A stretch of 49,370 bases of DNA, taken from assembly GCF_001194135.2 (NCBI RefSeq), contig NC_068989.1, forward strand, positions 29,786,009 to 29,835,378. Reading direction: 5' to 3'. Shown here piece by piece: positions 10,756 to 23,939 of the stretch (position 1 is its first letter; each line of letters starts with the position of its first letter). The position numbers and the translations under genes are program-made. A model generated the notes under the pieces. It was given only the letters and a program-made list of their open reading frames with translations. It was not told where the DNA came from and did not search any database. This stretch comes from Octopus bimaculoides (Eukaryota).

Positions 10756-13574
10756 CATACAATGTTATTCAATAATCATAATGAGGAATATTATTCATGA
10801 ACTTAAGCAAGTTTTTTGGTAAATATTGTATTCAAGCAGAAGCATTTTGCAATATCCATAGCGCTATTATACAATTGAGATCATACCCTTACTATATTCA
10901 GCTACATGTAGAACAAATAAACATTCATATTACTACATGAGAATTTCTCTTGGTTACACACAAAGGCTTTATTTATACTGAGATATACAGTCACTTAAAT
11001 TACTTCAGAAGTTTAATGGCTACTTTTCCACCATCTTCCTCTAGTGATGAAAAGCATGCGATTCTATGACATCTTAATTTACAAAAGTGAAGTACCAAAA
11101 CAAACATTGTAAAATATCTAAAGCAGTATTTCTCGACCTTTTTTTGCTGAATACTCATCTAAAACAGTTGGAAATATACTACTGCTCTCCTCCCATCATC
11201 CTTATTATTACATGATACAAGTAATGGATAGAGGATATTAAACTTAAATAAATGTAAATAGGTTTATTATTTTACTCATAAAAGTACATGGTTTATTTAT
11301 AAGATTAATTAAGATAGGTGAATTGTCAGTGAATTATTGTGGCTAAAGAAATTTTTCCATTGCTGTTGATGTTAGGTTGTGTTTGATTGCAAAAGGATGT
11401 GCCTTGGTTTCATTTTCAAGCTGAGCAGATTGTTGTAAGGAGAATTAATTTCTTAAAATCAAAGTATTTCATTCATTGGAAATGTCAACATTAGTATTCA
11501 AGCATATAAGTTTACAGGTTACCATTTTCATTACAAATGGTAGTTGCTAGCTATCAACCAAGGAATACCTTATAACACCTAGACTAGAAGTGACAGTATT
11601 GGTTTTATAACATGACCTAAAAAGTTTCCAGAGCCCCCTTGATATATTTTTCTCACTGTTCCTTCAAGGCTTTCAACACCCCTCCCTATCCCTTTTTAGG
11701 AATCAGTGATCAAAAGCACCTAAGATATCTCAACTAAACCATATATCTGCTTGATATAAGCAGAAGGTTTTGCATTGGCACAAGATTCTAAATTTGTAGG
11801 AGATAAAATGCAGTAAATTAAATGGAGTTAGTAGTTGACTTGTGTATAGTTTATAAAGTCTAGAGAAATGAAAGGCAAAGACAATGTGGGTTTTGAACTT
11901 AGAAAGTAAAGGAACAAAACTAAATATTAACTCTACCAGCTTCAATCCTAACTACAATTCACGATATCATCAATTCAGCATCCATTATCTAATGTTGACA
12001 CTGTCTCTAGTTTTATGATACAAAATCACTTGTTTTAAAGTGTTTGCATTTAAATTTGAACCTTCAGTCATAGTTATATGATTGAAAAATATTTATAAAT
12101 TATGTTACAAACACCTTCTTGATAATGAAGAAGTTAGATATCATAGTAAATCCCTCCAAATTCTTGATTATTTTTAAATGAATCAAAACATATGGATTAT
12201 ATATTTAATTAAAAACATGGTTACAAAAGAATTAATGCTTCTTTCATACTATGCATACTAGATCCCATACTATGCAATGTACAGTCTTAAGTTTGCTTTG
12301 ATGGACACTTCTTTTTTTTATTTGCTTTATTTTTACTTTATGTATTGCTAGTACCATCTCAAAGCACTTTCACTAAACAGGTCATTCATTCACTTTACTT
12401 CTTCATAGCGATAGTCATCTCTCCGAGGCATATCTGCTTATCCTTTTGGTATCCCAGGTGTACAATTACTTTTCAACGATTGCAAATCACTTAAACTGAG
12501 AAGTACAAACTATTTTATTAGTGAGGTAAATTAGTGAGTTAATTTATTAGTGAGGTTAATTTATGTGGTGAATTTATGATCATATGGTCAGCAGTTGAGT
12601 ACTTTACTCATACAATTGTTCTAAATAATTGCTGCAATATAAAAAAGTCAATGTAATATCTTCAAATTATTCTTGCTTCAGTTTTAGATAATATATATTG
12701 GTTAACATAAGGAATGCTAAGCAATTATAAAACCGGCATTATACTCTGGATGTGTTATGTTGTAGCTACATAATTCATGCAAGTATGCAAAAAATGAAAT
12801 AAAATGACAATAATGACTAAAAATTATTTGGGTGCTGCATGTAACATGAAATATAAATGCGGAGTCATATATGAACAAGGTGATATTCAACATCCTTTTA
12901 AGTTAAATTATATTGGTAAGATTGCATTTACGTATTTGTTTTGCAAGATTCCTGATGTGAAATCATGTGGTAAACGAAAAAAAAAAAAGACTACTCCAAA
13001 TATAACAATATATTGGAAAGAATTATAGTAATAGTAATATTAAACCACTATAAGTGAAGAGCCTGTTTATAGAGTAGAATTGTGGAATAGAAACAATATG
13101 TATTCAAAAGTTACTTTGAAGTTCTTGAAAAGATATTTGGCAAAAGACTCAAACTAACAGAAAACAGTAAAATCAAACTTAAGATAAATTTATACAAATA
13201 TAATTTAGGAAACTTATATTGCACTAAAGAAGACTGAACACCCACTAGGTAAGCTTTCAATAACAAACACTTTACAACTATAAACTGCTTCCATCTTAAA
13301 CCACTCGATATCATCTCCTACAATCGTATCTTATTTCCATTTCCCTTACTAAATATATTTAAGAATCCACTTTGGAGATTCAACACTATCAATGTTTTCC
13401 TCAACTACTCACCTACATTTCACATTGATTCTAGATTACCAATGATTTTAAATATGTAATTTTGGCTATGTACATACAGTTAAAAACACTTGAGCTGAAT
13501 TAACATAACATTTGATATTACTCAATAAAACTATTTCATATTTTATCAATAGCTGTTATATTCAAGATATTTTT

Positions 13575-16500
13575 CATCATCATCATCACCATTGCTTAAC
13601 CTCCGTTTTCCATGTTGGCATGGGTTGGACAGTTTGACTGTCTGAAGAGCCAGTGGCTGCACCAGGCTCCAATCGGATCTGGCAATGTTTCTACAGCTGG
13701 ATGTCCTTCCTGATGCCAACCACTCTGAGAGTGTAGTGGGTGCTTTTTACATGCCACCAGCATGGGAGCCAATCAGGAGGTACTGGCATTGGACACATTC
13801 GGATGGTGCTTTTTATGTGCCACCAGCATGGGAGCCAGTCAGGTGGTCCTGGCATCAATCACGTTCAGATAGTGCTTTTTACGTGCCACTGGCATGGAAG
13901 CCAGTCAGGTGGACCTGGCATTGACCACGTTCAGGCGGTGTTTTTTACGTGCCACTGGCACGGGAGCCAGTTGGGGGACACTGGCATCGACAACGTTCGG
14001 ATGATGCATTTTACGTGCCACCAGAACAGGAGGCAATCAGGGGGCACTAGCTACAGCTAAAATTCTGGTTTTACTTGACTCAACAAGTCTTCTGAAGTAT
14101 ATCATGTCACCTGACACATCAAGGGTACTCTTAAATGGGCCGGACATGCACCACTGGCATCAGCCATGGTTGTGATCTGACTTTAGTTGCCAGGTCTTCT
14201 CAATCACAGCATATCTCCAAAGGGCTTAGTCTCCTGTCATTGCCTCTGTGAGGCCCAATGTTCAAAGCTCATGCTTCACCACCTCATCCTATGTCTACCT
14301 CTTCCACAGGTTCCTCCCACAATTAGGGTATGGCACTTCCTCACACAGCTATCCTCATCCATACGTAACATATGATTATACCAGCGCAGTCATCTCTCTT
14401 GCACACCACATTTAATGCTTCTTATGTCCAGCTTTCCTATCAGCATGCTTACACTCTGTCGTGTATGCACACTGACATTACACATCCAGCGGATCATACT
14501 AGCTTCATTTCTTTCAAGCCTACGCATGTCCTCAACAGTCATGCCCCATGTTTCACTGCCATGTAGCATAGCAGTTTGCACACGTGCATCATACAGAGCA
14601 AGAGGCCCTTAGTTGCCAGCAGAGGTAGGAGCTCCCTGAACTTTGCCCAGGCTATTCTTATTCCAGCCGCTATACTCACAGAGCAACCACCCCAACTACA
14701 GACTTAGTCGCCTAGGTAGTGGAAGCTATCAATTACTTCTAGTTTTACCCACTGGCATGTGAAGGAGTCTGTTTTCTGTTTTCTCTACATCTTCCGTGTT
14801 TATTGCCTCTGTGCATCAACCACACACAAAAACTATCTTCCTGGTTAACCTTCCTTTGATATTGTTGCACCTTTTATGTGTCCATAGCTTACACTGGGTA
14901 CATTGTATGGAATTTCTACTCATGCCTTTTCTACCGATCGAGCAGGGCCATCTACCTGAAGGGGTTTGTGATTTGTCTGCCTTCCTACTTACTAAGACTT
15001 TGGTTTTTGCTAGTTTAACCCTAAGGCCCTTCGATTCTAGACCTTGCTTCCACACTCTAAACTTTGTCTCTAGATCTGGCAATGACTTAGCTATTAGAGC
15101 AAGATCATCACCATAAAAGAGCTCCCAAGGGCAGCCTGTCTTGAATTCCTCTGTTATTGCCTGGAGGACTATGATAAATAGGAGGGGGCTAAGGACTGAA
15201 CCCCTACTTCTACCTGGAATTCTTCTCTATACTCTTTGCCGACCCTCACCTTACTGACAGCATCCTTGTACAATGGCTTGTGCAGCTCTTACCAGCTACT
15301 TGTCTATCACCAATTTCCGCACTGACCACCAAATAAGGGATCAGGGGATCCTGTCAAAGGCTTTCTCCATGTCAACAAAAGCCAAGTACAGAGGTTTATC
15401 TTTGGCTTGGTATTTCTCTCGTGGTTGCCTTACCAGAAATATAGCATCAGCGGTGCTTCTACCTGGCACAAAACCAAACTGCATCTTATCTAGGCTAACT
15501 CTCTCCCTAATTAGTTGGGCTATGACCCTCTCTGTAACTTTCATCACCTGATTCAATACTTTGATACCCCTGTAGTTATTTCTATCTAAAGCATCACCTT
15601 TACCTTTGTAGCAGTTGACTATGGTGCTGCTACACCAGTCATTGGGTATAACTCCTTTATGAACTACCTGATTTACGATGCTAGTGACAAGACCATAACC
15701 CACACTGCCCAATATTTTAAGCATCTCAGCGGTGATTCCTGATGGGCCAGTGCTTTCCCTGTCTTCATATCTGTAATTGCTTTATCTACCAGGCTACTGT
15801 TGATTCAGGTAGCTGGTCCCTCAATTAAGTCAACCTTCGGCACTCTCCTCCTCCCATTCATTCTCCACATTAAGCAGTCTTTCATAACGGCATCTCCAAG
15901 CATTTTTCTTTGCAGAATCATTAAACGCAAGGGCACCATCATCCATGTGGACACATTTCTTTCCTATGACATCACAGTTTTCTTTCACAGACTGTCTTGC
16001 AATTCAAAATACTTCAGTTCTTTGGTCCTTACGTTGCTGAACATTGGCAAACTTCTTTTCTGCTACTCCCTTGGCTATATATACCTCTCTCCTAGCTTCC
16101 CTTTTGGGTAGTTCATGAAGGAGTCTCCTGCTACCCCCACTCTTCCAGGCCTGTTTCTTTGCTCTAATGGCCCTGTCTACAGTATTGTTCCACCACCATG
16201 TTACTCTAGGTCTGGAAGGGACTTTGCACCAGATTTGGTCTGTGACACTCAGCAAGCTGTCTCGCAGGAATTTCCAGCTGCCTTCTATGTCACAGGACAG
16301 TAGCTCCTCCTCTCTATCATCAAATTTCTTGGTAAGGAAATCCCTAAATCTCTGACAATGTGAAAGATTCCTAAGCTTCCAAGTCCTTCTTTTCCAGGTT
16401 GGTCTGGTTTTTGGCACCCTTCTGACTTCAAGTCTAAAGTCACTAATAATTAGTCTATGCTGAGGGGTACATTCTTCACCAGGGAGGGTCTTTGTATTTA

Positions 16501-16668
16501 AGAGCAACCATGCATCCTACTGTCTGGTGAGAATGAAATCAATCTGGCTAGTAGAGTCACCTGATTGACTGGCTGGCTTCCTGAAGTTGGTGTTGCAAAT
16601 CAATAGGTTATTTGTATCTCAGAACTCCAGGAGCCTAGTTCCCTCTTCATTTCTGGTATCAACTCCTT
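13575..16668 (-). mobile_element. RTE-clade LINE, 5'-truncated, decayed (EN end, RT, long 3' UTR, GAT tail)
   Basis: KGKGDALDRNNYRGIKVL, QFGFVPGRSTADAIF, LAFVDMEKAFDRIP, FYGDDL, LHGSETW; (cat)n tail at 13575. Confidence 0.93.
13741..14055. repeat. Five 66-bp tandem units in RTE 3' UTR
   Basis: Unit starts at 13741, 13807, 13873, 13939 and 14005. Confidence 0.9.
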
Positions 16669-16732
16669 TATGTATTTTAAATATCACATATCATCTTTCT
16701 TTGGCTGTTTAGATAAATTTTAATACATTATT

Positions 16733-17596
16733 AGTGACAAAAGCAGCATTAATACCGAAAAGTAATTATTATATCTAACATAACACGGATGCTTCATTAG
16801 AACACCTAATGGCATTGAGAGACCCTCTCAAATAGGTGCTTGGTGCATGAAAGCACACCCATAAATTGTAATAGACAGAATTCATCTGTCATGGGCACCA
16901 GAATTCCCATATCACATGATTTTGGTCTATTGGACCTCTTCAGTAGGAAGCACTAACCACTTCATGCCAGCCAAATCTAGCTGCCATGATATATAGAATA
17001 TTAGCATATTTTCAGATGCTGATGTTGCAAACAGCCAGCAAGCTTATCAAAAATTAATTATTAATGGTGGAAGCAGTATTAATACCACACGGTAATCCCA
17101 TGTTAGAACACTGAATACTGCATTATTAGCCTTGAGAGACTCTCATATAGGCACTTGGTACATAAAAGCACACCCACTGATTGTAGTAGATGAAATTCGT
17201 TTGTCATGAGTGCCAGAACTGCCATTTCATGTGACTTTGATCTATTGGATCTCCTCAGTGACTAATAATGCAGTATTTGGTGTCCTAATACAAAATCCAT
17301 TTTAAGTTAGATATAATGATCACCTTTTGGTATCAATACTGCTTCCATCACTTACAATTTTTAATAAGCCTACTGGCTATTTGTAACACAGAGTCTGAAA
17401 AAATGCTGACATTATACATATCATGGCAACTAGATTTGGCTGGCATGTAGAGGTCCAATAAACCAAAATCACATAATATGAGAATTCTGGCACCCATGAC
17501 AGACAAATTTCATCTGCTATGATCAATGTGTATGCTTTTATGCACCAAGTACCTATATGAGAGGGTCTCTCAAGGCTAACAATGCAAATTTTAATG
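16733..17596. repeat. 330-bp unit in direct-plus-inverted (fold-back) arrangement
   Basis: Direct units begin aagcagc/tattaatacc at 16741 and 17071. 17262-17596 is the reverse complement of one unit (16815 pairs with 17573; 17086 with 17329). Confidence 0.85.
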
Positions 17597-18288
17597 TTGT
17601 TTTAGTTGTTTGTATTTAAGATTAAGAAATTGTTTCACTTCTATACTTGCTTTAATTTAAACATAGTCAAAATGCATGTGAAATGTATTTTTTCTTTTAT
17701 TATCTATATATTTGTTACTTTACAGTTTTATCTGAAACATACATTGTAATCAAGTAAATCAGATTAAGATGAAGGGAGACTAAAATGTATTTTAGCCACA
17801 AGTATAATGTATAATCTCCAGTAAATGTTGAGTGTTTGTTGCTAGAAGCTAAGAAGAGTAAGGAAAACCACCATAATGGTGAATAAAGCAAAAATGAATC
17901 AAATTTAACTTGAGGATGCCTATAAGATTGGACAGTGAATATATGTCTAAACAAAATGTGAATGCAGATACAATAGTTATAAGAAAGAGAATTCCAAAAG
18001 TAAGAAAAATTAATTTCTTTTAATAAATGAATTCAGCTTTAATGATTCTTTCAATGACCCCTGGGGGAATAAAACATGAAATGTTGAATAAACTTAGTTT
18101 CCTCTTTATCCAGTATTGTTGTACCTTTCTTTACTTTTTAAATTATGGTTTGTATGAGTTATTTTTCATGGCACTTCTCTACAAGTTTGGGAATTTATGA
18201 TTAGGACTTTGTTAAAGCTGTTCTTTTTTATCTAGCTATAACTTCAAGCAAACTATAAGAGTTTATGTAAGAATATGATTGTTTTTAC

Positions 18289-18375
18289 TTTCAAACGCTG
18301 CTGTTTGACTTTCTTTCTCATTGAATCTTTCTGTTTCTTTTCAGCCTCTAGTGCAGGGGTCAATGGACTAGGAAT
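18289..18375 (-). CDS. ANKZF1: ANKZF1 internal exon (start of coiled coil)
   Basis: Acceptor cttttctttttatttctag, donor gtaaaa. 87 nt = IPSPLTPALEAEKKQKDSMRKKVKQQRLK (human VPGPLTPEMEARQ...). Phase 0-0. Confidence 0.94.
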
Positions 18376-19599
18376 CTAGAAATAAAAAGAAAAGAAGTTA
18401 AATGCAACATAAGAAAGAGTCATTACAAAAAAATAGAATTCTTACTATGGTGACATACTATCTTAAGACATTTACAGTAGCCAGTAAACAGTTGAATGAT
18501 GCAGAAGTATTAGAATGCTAAAACAATTAGACACTGACCAAAACTTGGATTCTATTATGGACAATATTTCCTCTAGCTCAGAACTTGACAAAATGAAGGG
18601 AGTGCCACAGTAAAACATTCATCAAATAAAATCAATGAGGATAGTAGAGTTGTATGAAGGATATATATTTTTCTTTGGTTCATGGGAAATAACATCACTT
18701 TTGATAAGTACAATAATTAATGCAGGGTCCTTGTTTGGCTTGTCAGACAGTTGGTTGCATGTATATAATCTATTCTATATTATTACAGAACACCTAGCTA
18801 TGGTGTTTTTAGGTTTGTTATGTGATCACATAACTGTGAGGTAACTGGATAGACTGTACTTGGTTAACTATCAGTTTAGAACATGTATATTCCTGAGTTG
18901 TTATTGTTGTACAACACACATCAACCTGAATGAACAGATTTATGATTAAATATATTCTAGCTCTGATTGGCTAGGCTTTTTGCATTTCAATGAATAAATT
19001 ATCTATCTAAGTTCATCCTTAAAACTCTCTCTTTTTCTTTCTCTGTTTCCCCAGATAGGATAATGGTAACATGTTTCTGGTCGGGAAAATCAGTTAAAGT
19101 AGAATAAATTATTTCGCTGAGCAACAAAGGAAAGTAACTATAGCAGATATAAAGTCATGAACATGTAATTCAAAATTTTTGCCCATTGTCTATCCCAGCA
19201 CTGACTCTCAGTATAAGCTGGACATAAATAGTGGACTTCTCTACACTTTCTCTTTATCATCTTCATTCCTAATTGGTCAACCTGAGGAAACAGCAGAGGT
19301 AATTCTCTACAGTGCCACCCAGTGGAAATGAATTTGAATCCATGTCGTTGCCAAATGAATATCTTAACCAAATAACAATGCCTGAACAAACACATGTACA
19401 TAATAATATAAATTACATATATATAGTATACACTAGTGGGCCTCCTGGCCTTTAGCTCAGTCTGTACGATGCTCAAATGTATTCATAAGGCACATATTAG
19501 CATCTATTGTAATGCACATTTTCTTTACAAAAAAAGTTGTTAAAAGGTATTTCAATATTGCATAACGTAATTTTGAACATTTATTTACAAAATATCACC

Positions 19600-20050
19600 A
19601 AATTTCGCTTCACCAATTGAAAATACGTTGACTTATAATCATAATACATGTAAGAGAAGGGATGTTCCAATAGTAGATCAATGTGAAAGTGTTTTGCAGA
19701 TAAGATGATTTTGTAACAACTGGAAAATGTGTCTTAGCATAAACTGTGAGTAGGGCATTTGACATGACATTAAAAATTGCAGTTGTGTTGTGGAGACCTT
19801 TTGGCCTCATAGACATTTGTTTTCTGTATTTGGAAATATTGTTGCCAGTTTATCTGGATGGATACTTTTTAGAGGCTATTAGCAGATAAGGTCATGGTCA
19901 TAAAATACACTGTTATCAGCTGTCCAATGAATTTGATGCATGGAAAGAGAGGAAGAAACATATGAAAAGAAGAATTTCTTTCTGATCGCAGTGGGTGCTT
20001 ATCTGTAATTGCCTCCCTCTCTGTTTTCTGAAAAAGGAGTATTGTCAGTA
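19600..20050 (-). mobile_element. Possible CR1/L2-type LINE 3' remnant
   Basis: Weak similarity of FPVVTKSSYLQNTFTLIYYWNIP to the CR1 C-terminal knsF...WNxLP motif. Confidence 0.3.
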
Positions 20051-20132
20051 TTGGTGGTGGTATTCATGATTGTTGTATTGGAGATGTCTCTGTAGTTGTG
20101 GTGTTAGTTGTGTTGGTGTGTTGTGGGGCTAC

Positions 20133-20169
<37 letters not shown>

Positions 20170-20329
20170 CTGTACTATATTATAAAAGTATACATCTATG
20201 AGTTATATGTTTAAAAACATAGAAATGTATGTATATCTAGATATATATAAATATACGTGTGTGTTATGTTTATACATCAGAATGTATATGTAAAAATGTT
20301 AGTCTCCCTGCATGTATAAATATTCATTT

Positions 20330-20692
20330 ATGACCATAACTACAGAACTGTGACTCACAGAATTTGTTTACTAACTTTCAGAAAAATGGATATTTTTTAA
20401 TGAAACTTTATACAAAAACATTTCAGATGGTTTAGATTCCAAATATATCAGAATTTATGAAAAGCATTTTCTGCAAGTCGGGAGAGGGGTTTCAGAAAAT
20501 TCAAACTATTTGGCTTTGATGAGAGTGGAAAAAGGTTTCCACAACAAATTCCAAAGTAGTCTTCCCACATGTTTGTATATATAAATGTTCATTTACGGTC
20601 ATAACTACAAAAACTATGCTCCAAAGAATTTGTTTACTAACTTTCAGAAAAATGGATATTTTTTACTGAAATTTTATGCAAAAATGTTTCAA
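20330..20692 (+). repeat. About 100-bp direct duplication (MITE-like fragment)
   Basis: cataactaca...agaatttgtttactaactttcagaaaaatggatatttttta occurs at about 20335 and 20597. Confidence 0.7.
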
Positions 20693-20873
20693 TACATACA
20701 TACATACATACATACACACACACACATACATATATATATCATCATCATCATCGTTTAACGTCCGCTTTCCATGNNNNNNNNNNNNNNNNNNNNNNNNNNN
20801 NNNNNNNNNNNNNNNNNNNNNNNNNNNNNNNNNNNNNNNNNNNNNNNNNNNNNNNNNNNNNNNNNNNNNNNNN

Positions 20874-23100
20874 AAATTTACATGTAGTTTTATCTCTACA
20901 TGTACAATTAATTATATTCTGGTCTATATTATTAGTATTATTATTGGAATAATTATTAGATTTGGTTTTGTAAAACTTATTCAGCTTAAATTTATTAAAA
21001 GAAATAATATTACCAACATTATTAGTAGTAGAATAACCAACTCCAATATTATTATAAGAAAAAAATGTTATTATATTTTTTATTATCTCTAATGAATACT
21101 TCAATTATATTTACAATCTCTTTAATAATGTTTGTTTAAACTTGAACTCAATAAGGAATAATCAACCAAATTTTGTTCGTTATTTATATTATATTTATTT
21201 TTTATATTATTAAATTTATTATTATCATTAAACAAATTAAATTAAATTTTATTTTTTTAATTTATTATTATAATATTTATGTATTGTATTATCCTGATAC
21301 TTATTATTAATACCAGAATTATCTAAATAAAACTTATCATAAGTCTTAATGTTAGGTTTATTATTATAAAAAATATAGGAATCATTTATATTATAATTAT
21401 ATTTAGAATTATTAAAGAATTTTATAACACAATTATATCCTGCCTCCTGCAGGGCTTAATTATAATAAGGGACATGTCTTTGGAAAATCTCAAAATTAGA
21501 AGAAAGCAACGATATTCTTTTACCTATATTATATGTCAACGATTTCTTAATTGAGGGTGGATGATTACTATTAACATTAATATATCTAAGGTTTTCATTA
21601 ATTTTATGGAATGGTTGGGTCTTACCTGATATTCAATTAAAATTAACATCTAAGTAATTAACATTATAGTTCTCATTGTATATAGTAATACTTAATATAT
21701 TTCTTTTAAAAAAAAACTATATAGTTTCTTCTTATATAATTCTAGTGTTCTATTGGTGCAATCCTTAGTTATTAATAAAAGGTCATCCCTATATAAACCA
21801 CCCTCCAACTTTAATTTTTCTAATTGAAGTTCCGATAATAAATAAATACCTACTAAATCAGTTACCTGTGCAGAATCAGGTGCCCCCATAGGTATATCAA
21901 AATAGTCCCTAGTATCCTTCCTAGCCCACAATTTATTATATCTAATCAACAATTTCCTAGCCGTTTTAACTACATTAACTTCATCATAAGTCATCCCTAC
22001 CTTATTCATTGCATAAATTAGGGCCTTATTAAGTACAATTTCATTAATAGAAGAAGAATAATTATCTATATCTATTTGAATGAATTTATATATATTTTTA
22101 TCTTTAATATCATTAAATCATTTCAAAGTGTCATTAGTACCAGTCCAAAGTTTAAGGTAATTAATTTAATTTAATCTATTAATATATTTATCTAAAATTA
22201 TCTTACTTAATTTACCTAGATCTGATTTACATGGACAAATAAGTCTAACTTTTGGGTCAGAATAAAAATTATCTGTATAGTCTTTTAAAGTAATTCAAGG
22301 GTGCATAGGTACATAAGGTTCAGTTTTATTATCTAACTTATATTTCATCATGATTAATTTAGAGGCCTTATTTATATCATAAAGAGTATTTTCTGGAACA
22401 ATTTTATATTTTTTATTTATTTATTTCTCTTATAGGTTATCATATAATTTAACATCTAGTTTATACAGGTTCCTAGTTTTATCTGATTGTACTATAATTC
22501 CTTCCATATTTCACATTTCTTTTATTCTAACAGCTAGATTTCTTAAACATTCATTATGTCTGTTTGGGTATTTATGAAATTTAATATTTTTCACCACCTT
22601 CCAAATATTATCCTCTAAAAGCTGTATATCCCTATTATACAGGGGTTCCTTTCTAGATTTAAATATTGAATTGATATAATTAGTATTCTCTACATCGTTA
22701 ATATTAGATATGTTACAGTTATTGTAGTAGGCTTTCCATTTAACCCTATTAACAAAATCTTTAATATTATTAATAAGTTTCAAAATATATTCTTTTCTAG
22801 ATCGTATAGGAATATCCTTCAAAGATGAATTCCAAAATAGTGGTTCTATCTTACCTGTAAGTTCCATAACTAATGAAATTGAGAGTTAATACAATCGATA
22901 AAAATTAGTTATAAATATAAATATAGTAATAATAATATTATTATATTTAGAATATGATTAAATTAAGAAGTTTTAAAAAATAAATAAATAAATTTATGAA
23001 GATAGATTAATTATTGAAATTTAGCTTCACTTATATGTATATACGTAGTTTTATTTAGACTTTATAATTTTTCAGTAAATAATATACTACAGTTAATTTT
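20874..23100 (-). mobile_element. Naiad-clade Penelope-like element, very AT-rich, pseudogenised, 3' end in gap
   Basis: From ATG at 22867: SLKDIPI...FVNRVKWKAY, QSDKTRNLY, ITLKD, RLICPCKSDLGKLSK, FDIPMGAPDSAQVTDLVGIYLL, GLYRDD, SNHPPSI, YSTTNNVGNII, NCTCRDKTTCK. About 10 in-frame stops and a few indels. Confidence 0.88.
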
Positions 23101-23435
23101 TTTTTATTCTCAAAGCTAAAATACATTTTGTCATTTTAACAGTTTAAATACACATTCTATCTATTTACTCTATAATTTTATATTTAAGCCATATTTTCAT
23201 GTGATATTTTTCTTATAAATGCTAAGTTCTTCGTATTACGTCTGAAATTTTAGTTTAACTGAAATTCTTTGATAAGATAAGTTATATTTTTATTTTAATT
23301 AATGCTGTTAAATATCTTTCAATTATTTATTGTTAAAACAAGAATTATTCTATATTTATTTGATATTTTATTATATGATTAGGGTTTATTGCCACTAAGG
23401 CATCAGGGGCGTCAAACGTTATGTCTGATATCGTG

Positions 23436-23770
23436 GCACTCTGTCAGTTATGACGATGAGGGTTCCAGTTGATCTGATCAATGGAACAGCCTGCTCATGA
23501 AATTAATGTGCAAGTGGCTGAGCACTCCACAGACACAGTGTGACAAGGCTGGCCCTTTGAAATACAGGCACAACAGAAACAGGAAGAAAGAGTGAGAAAA
23601 AGTTGTGGTGAAAGAATACAGCAAGGTTCGCCATCACCCCCTGCCAGAGCCTCATAGAGCTTTAGGTGTTTTCGCTCAATAAACACTCACAATGCCCAGT
23701 CTGGAAATCGAAACTGTGATCTCATGACTGCGAGTCCGCTGCTCTAACTACTGGGTCATTGTGCCTCCAC
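23436..23770 (-). mobile_element. tRNA-derived SINE
   Basis: Head gtggaggcacaatgacccagtagttagagcagcggactcgcagtcatgagatcacagtttcgatttcc with Pol III A- and B-box-like motifs. Confidence 0.85.
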
Positions 23771-23939
23771 GTGTCTAATATGGTGTGTTGGGGATTAACA
23801 TCACTGATACAGCCCAGATCAGCCATATCAGGATTGCTTGAATCAGAGCAGTATTGTTTCTTCAGTATCTCACTTATGGTTTTGGCATTATCTGGGAGAG
23901 TTCCATTTTCATAAATTAGAGGACCAACAGTGAAGACAA

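Noticed and set aside
12370-12510. Coding-looking minus-strand stretch (MPRRDDYRYEEVK)
   Set aside because: Interrupted by stops, fits no ANKZF1 segment, and no family was recognised.
18300-18380. Apparent strong plus-strand splice acceptor (tttctgtttcttttcag) and short terminal exon
   Set aside because: The pyrimidine run is the reverse complement of the Lys/Glu-rich ANKZF1 exon 18289-18375.
19138-19281. Possible alternative terminal ANKZF1 exon (VDQLGMKM...LYLL*) after tttcctcag
   Set aside because: No similarity to any protein I recognise and no support beyond an AG in phase; expected by chance in a 24-kb intron.
21100-22867. Alternative genetic code or selenocysteine readthrough explaining the Naiad in-frame stops
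   Set aside because: The stops fall at positions expected for different residues (W, L, K, R, F/Y), Trp is otherwise TGG, frameshifts are present, and the visible finger Cys are TGT. Neutral decay of AT-rich codons is sufficient.
23383-23408. Hammerhead-like ctgatg-cc-ttagt-ggc-aataaac upstream of the Naiad (minus strand)
   Set aside because: Needs at least three changes to restore CUGAUGA and GAAA; not distinguishable from chance.
23695-23770. tRNA genes here and at 35700-35776 and 48445-48525
   Set aside because: These are degenerate tRNA-like heads continuous with SINE bodies, with no intact cloverleaf.
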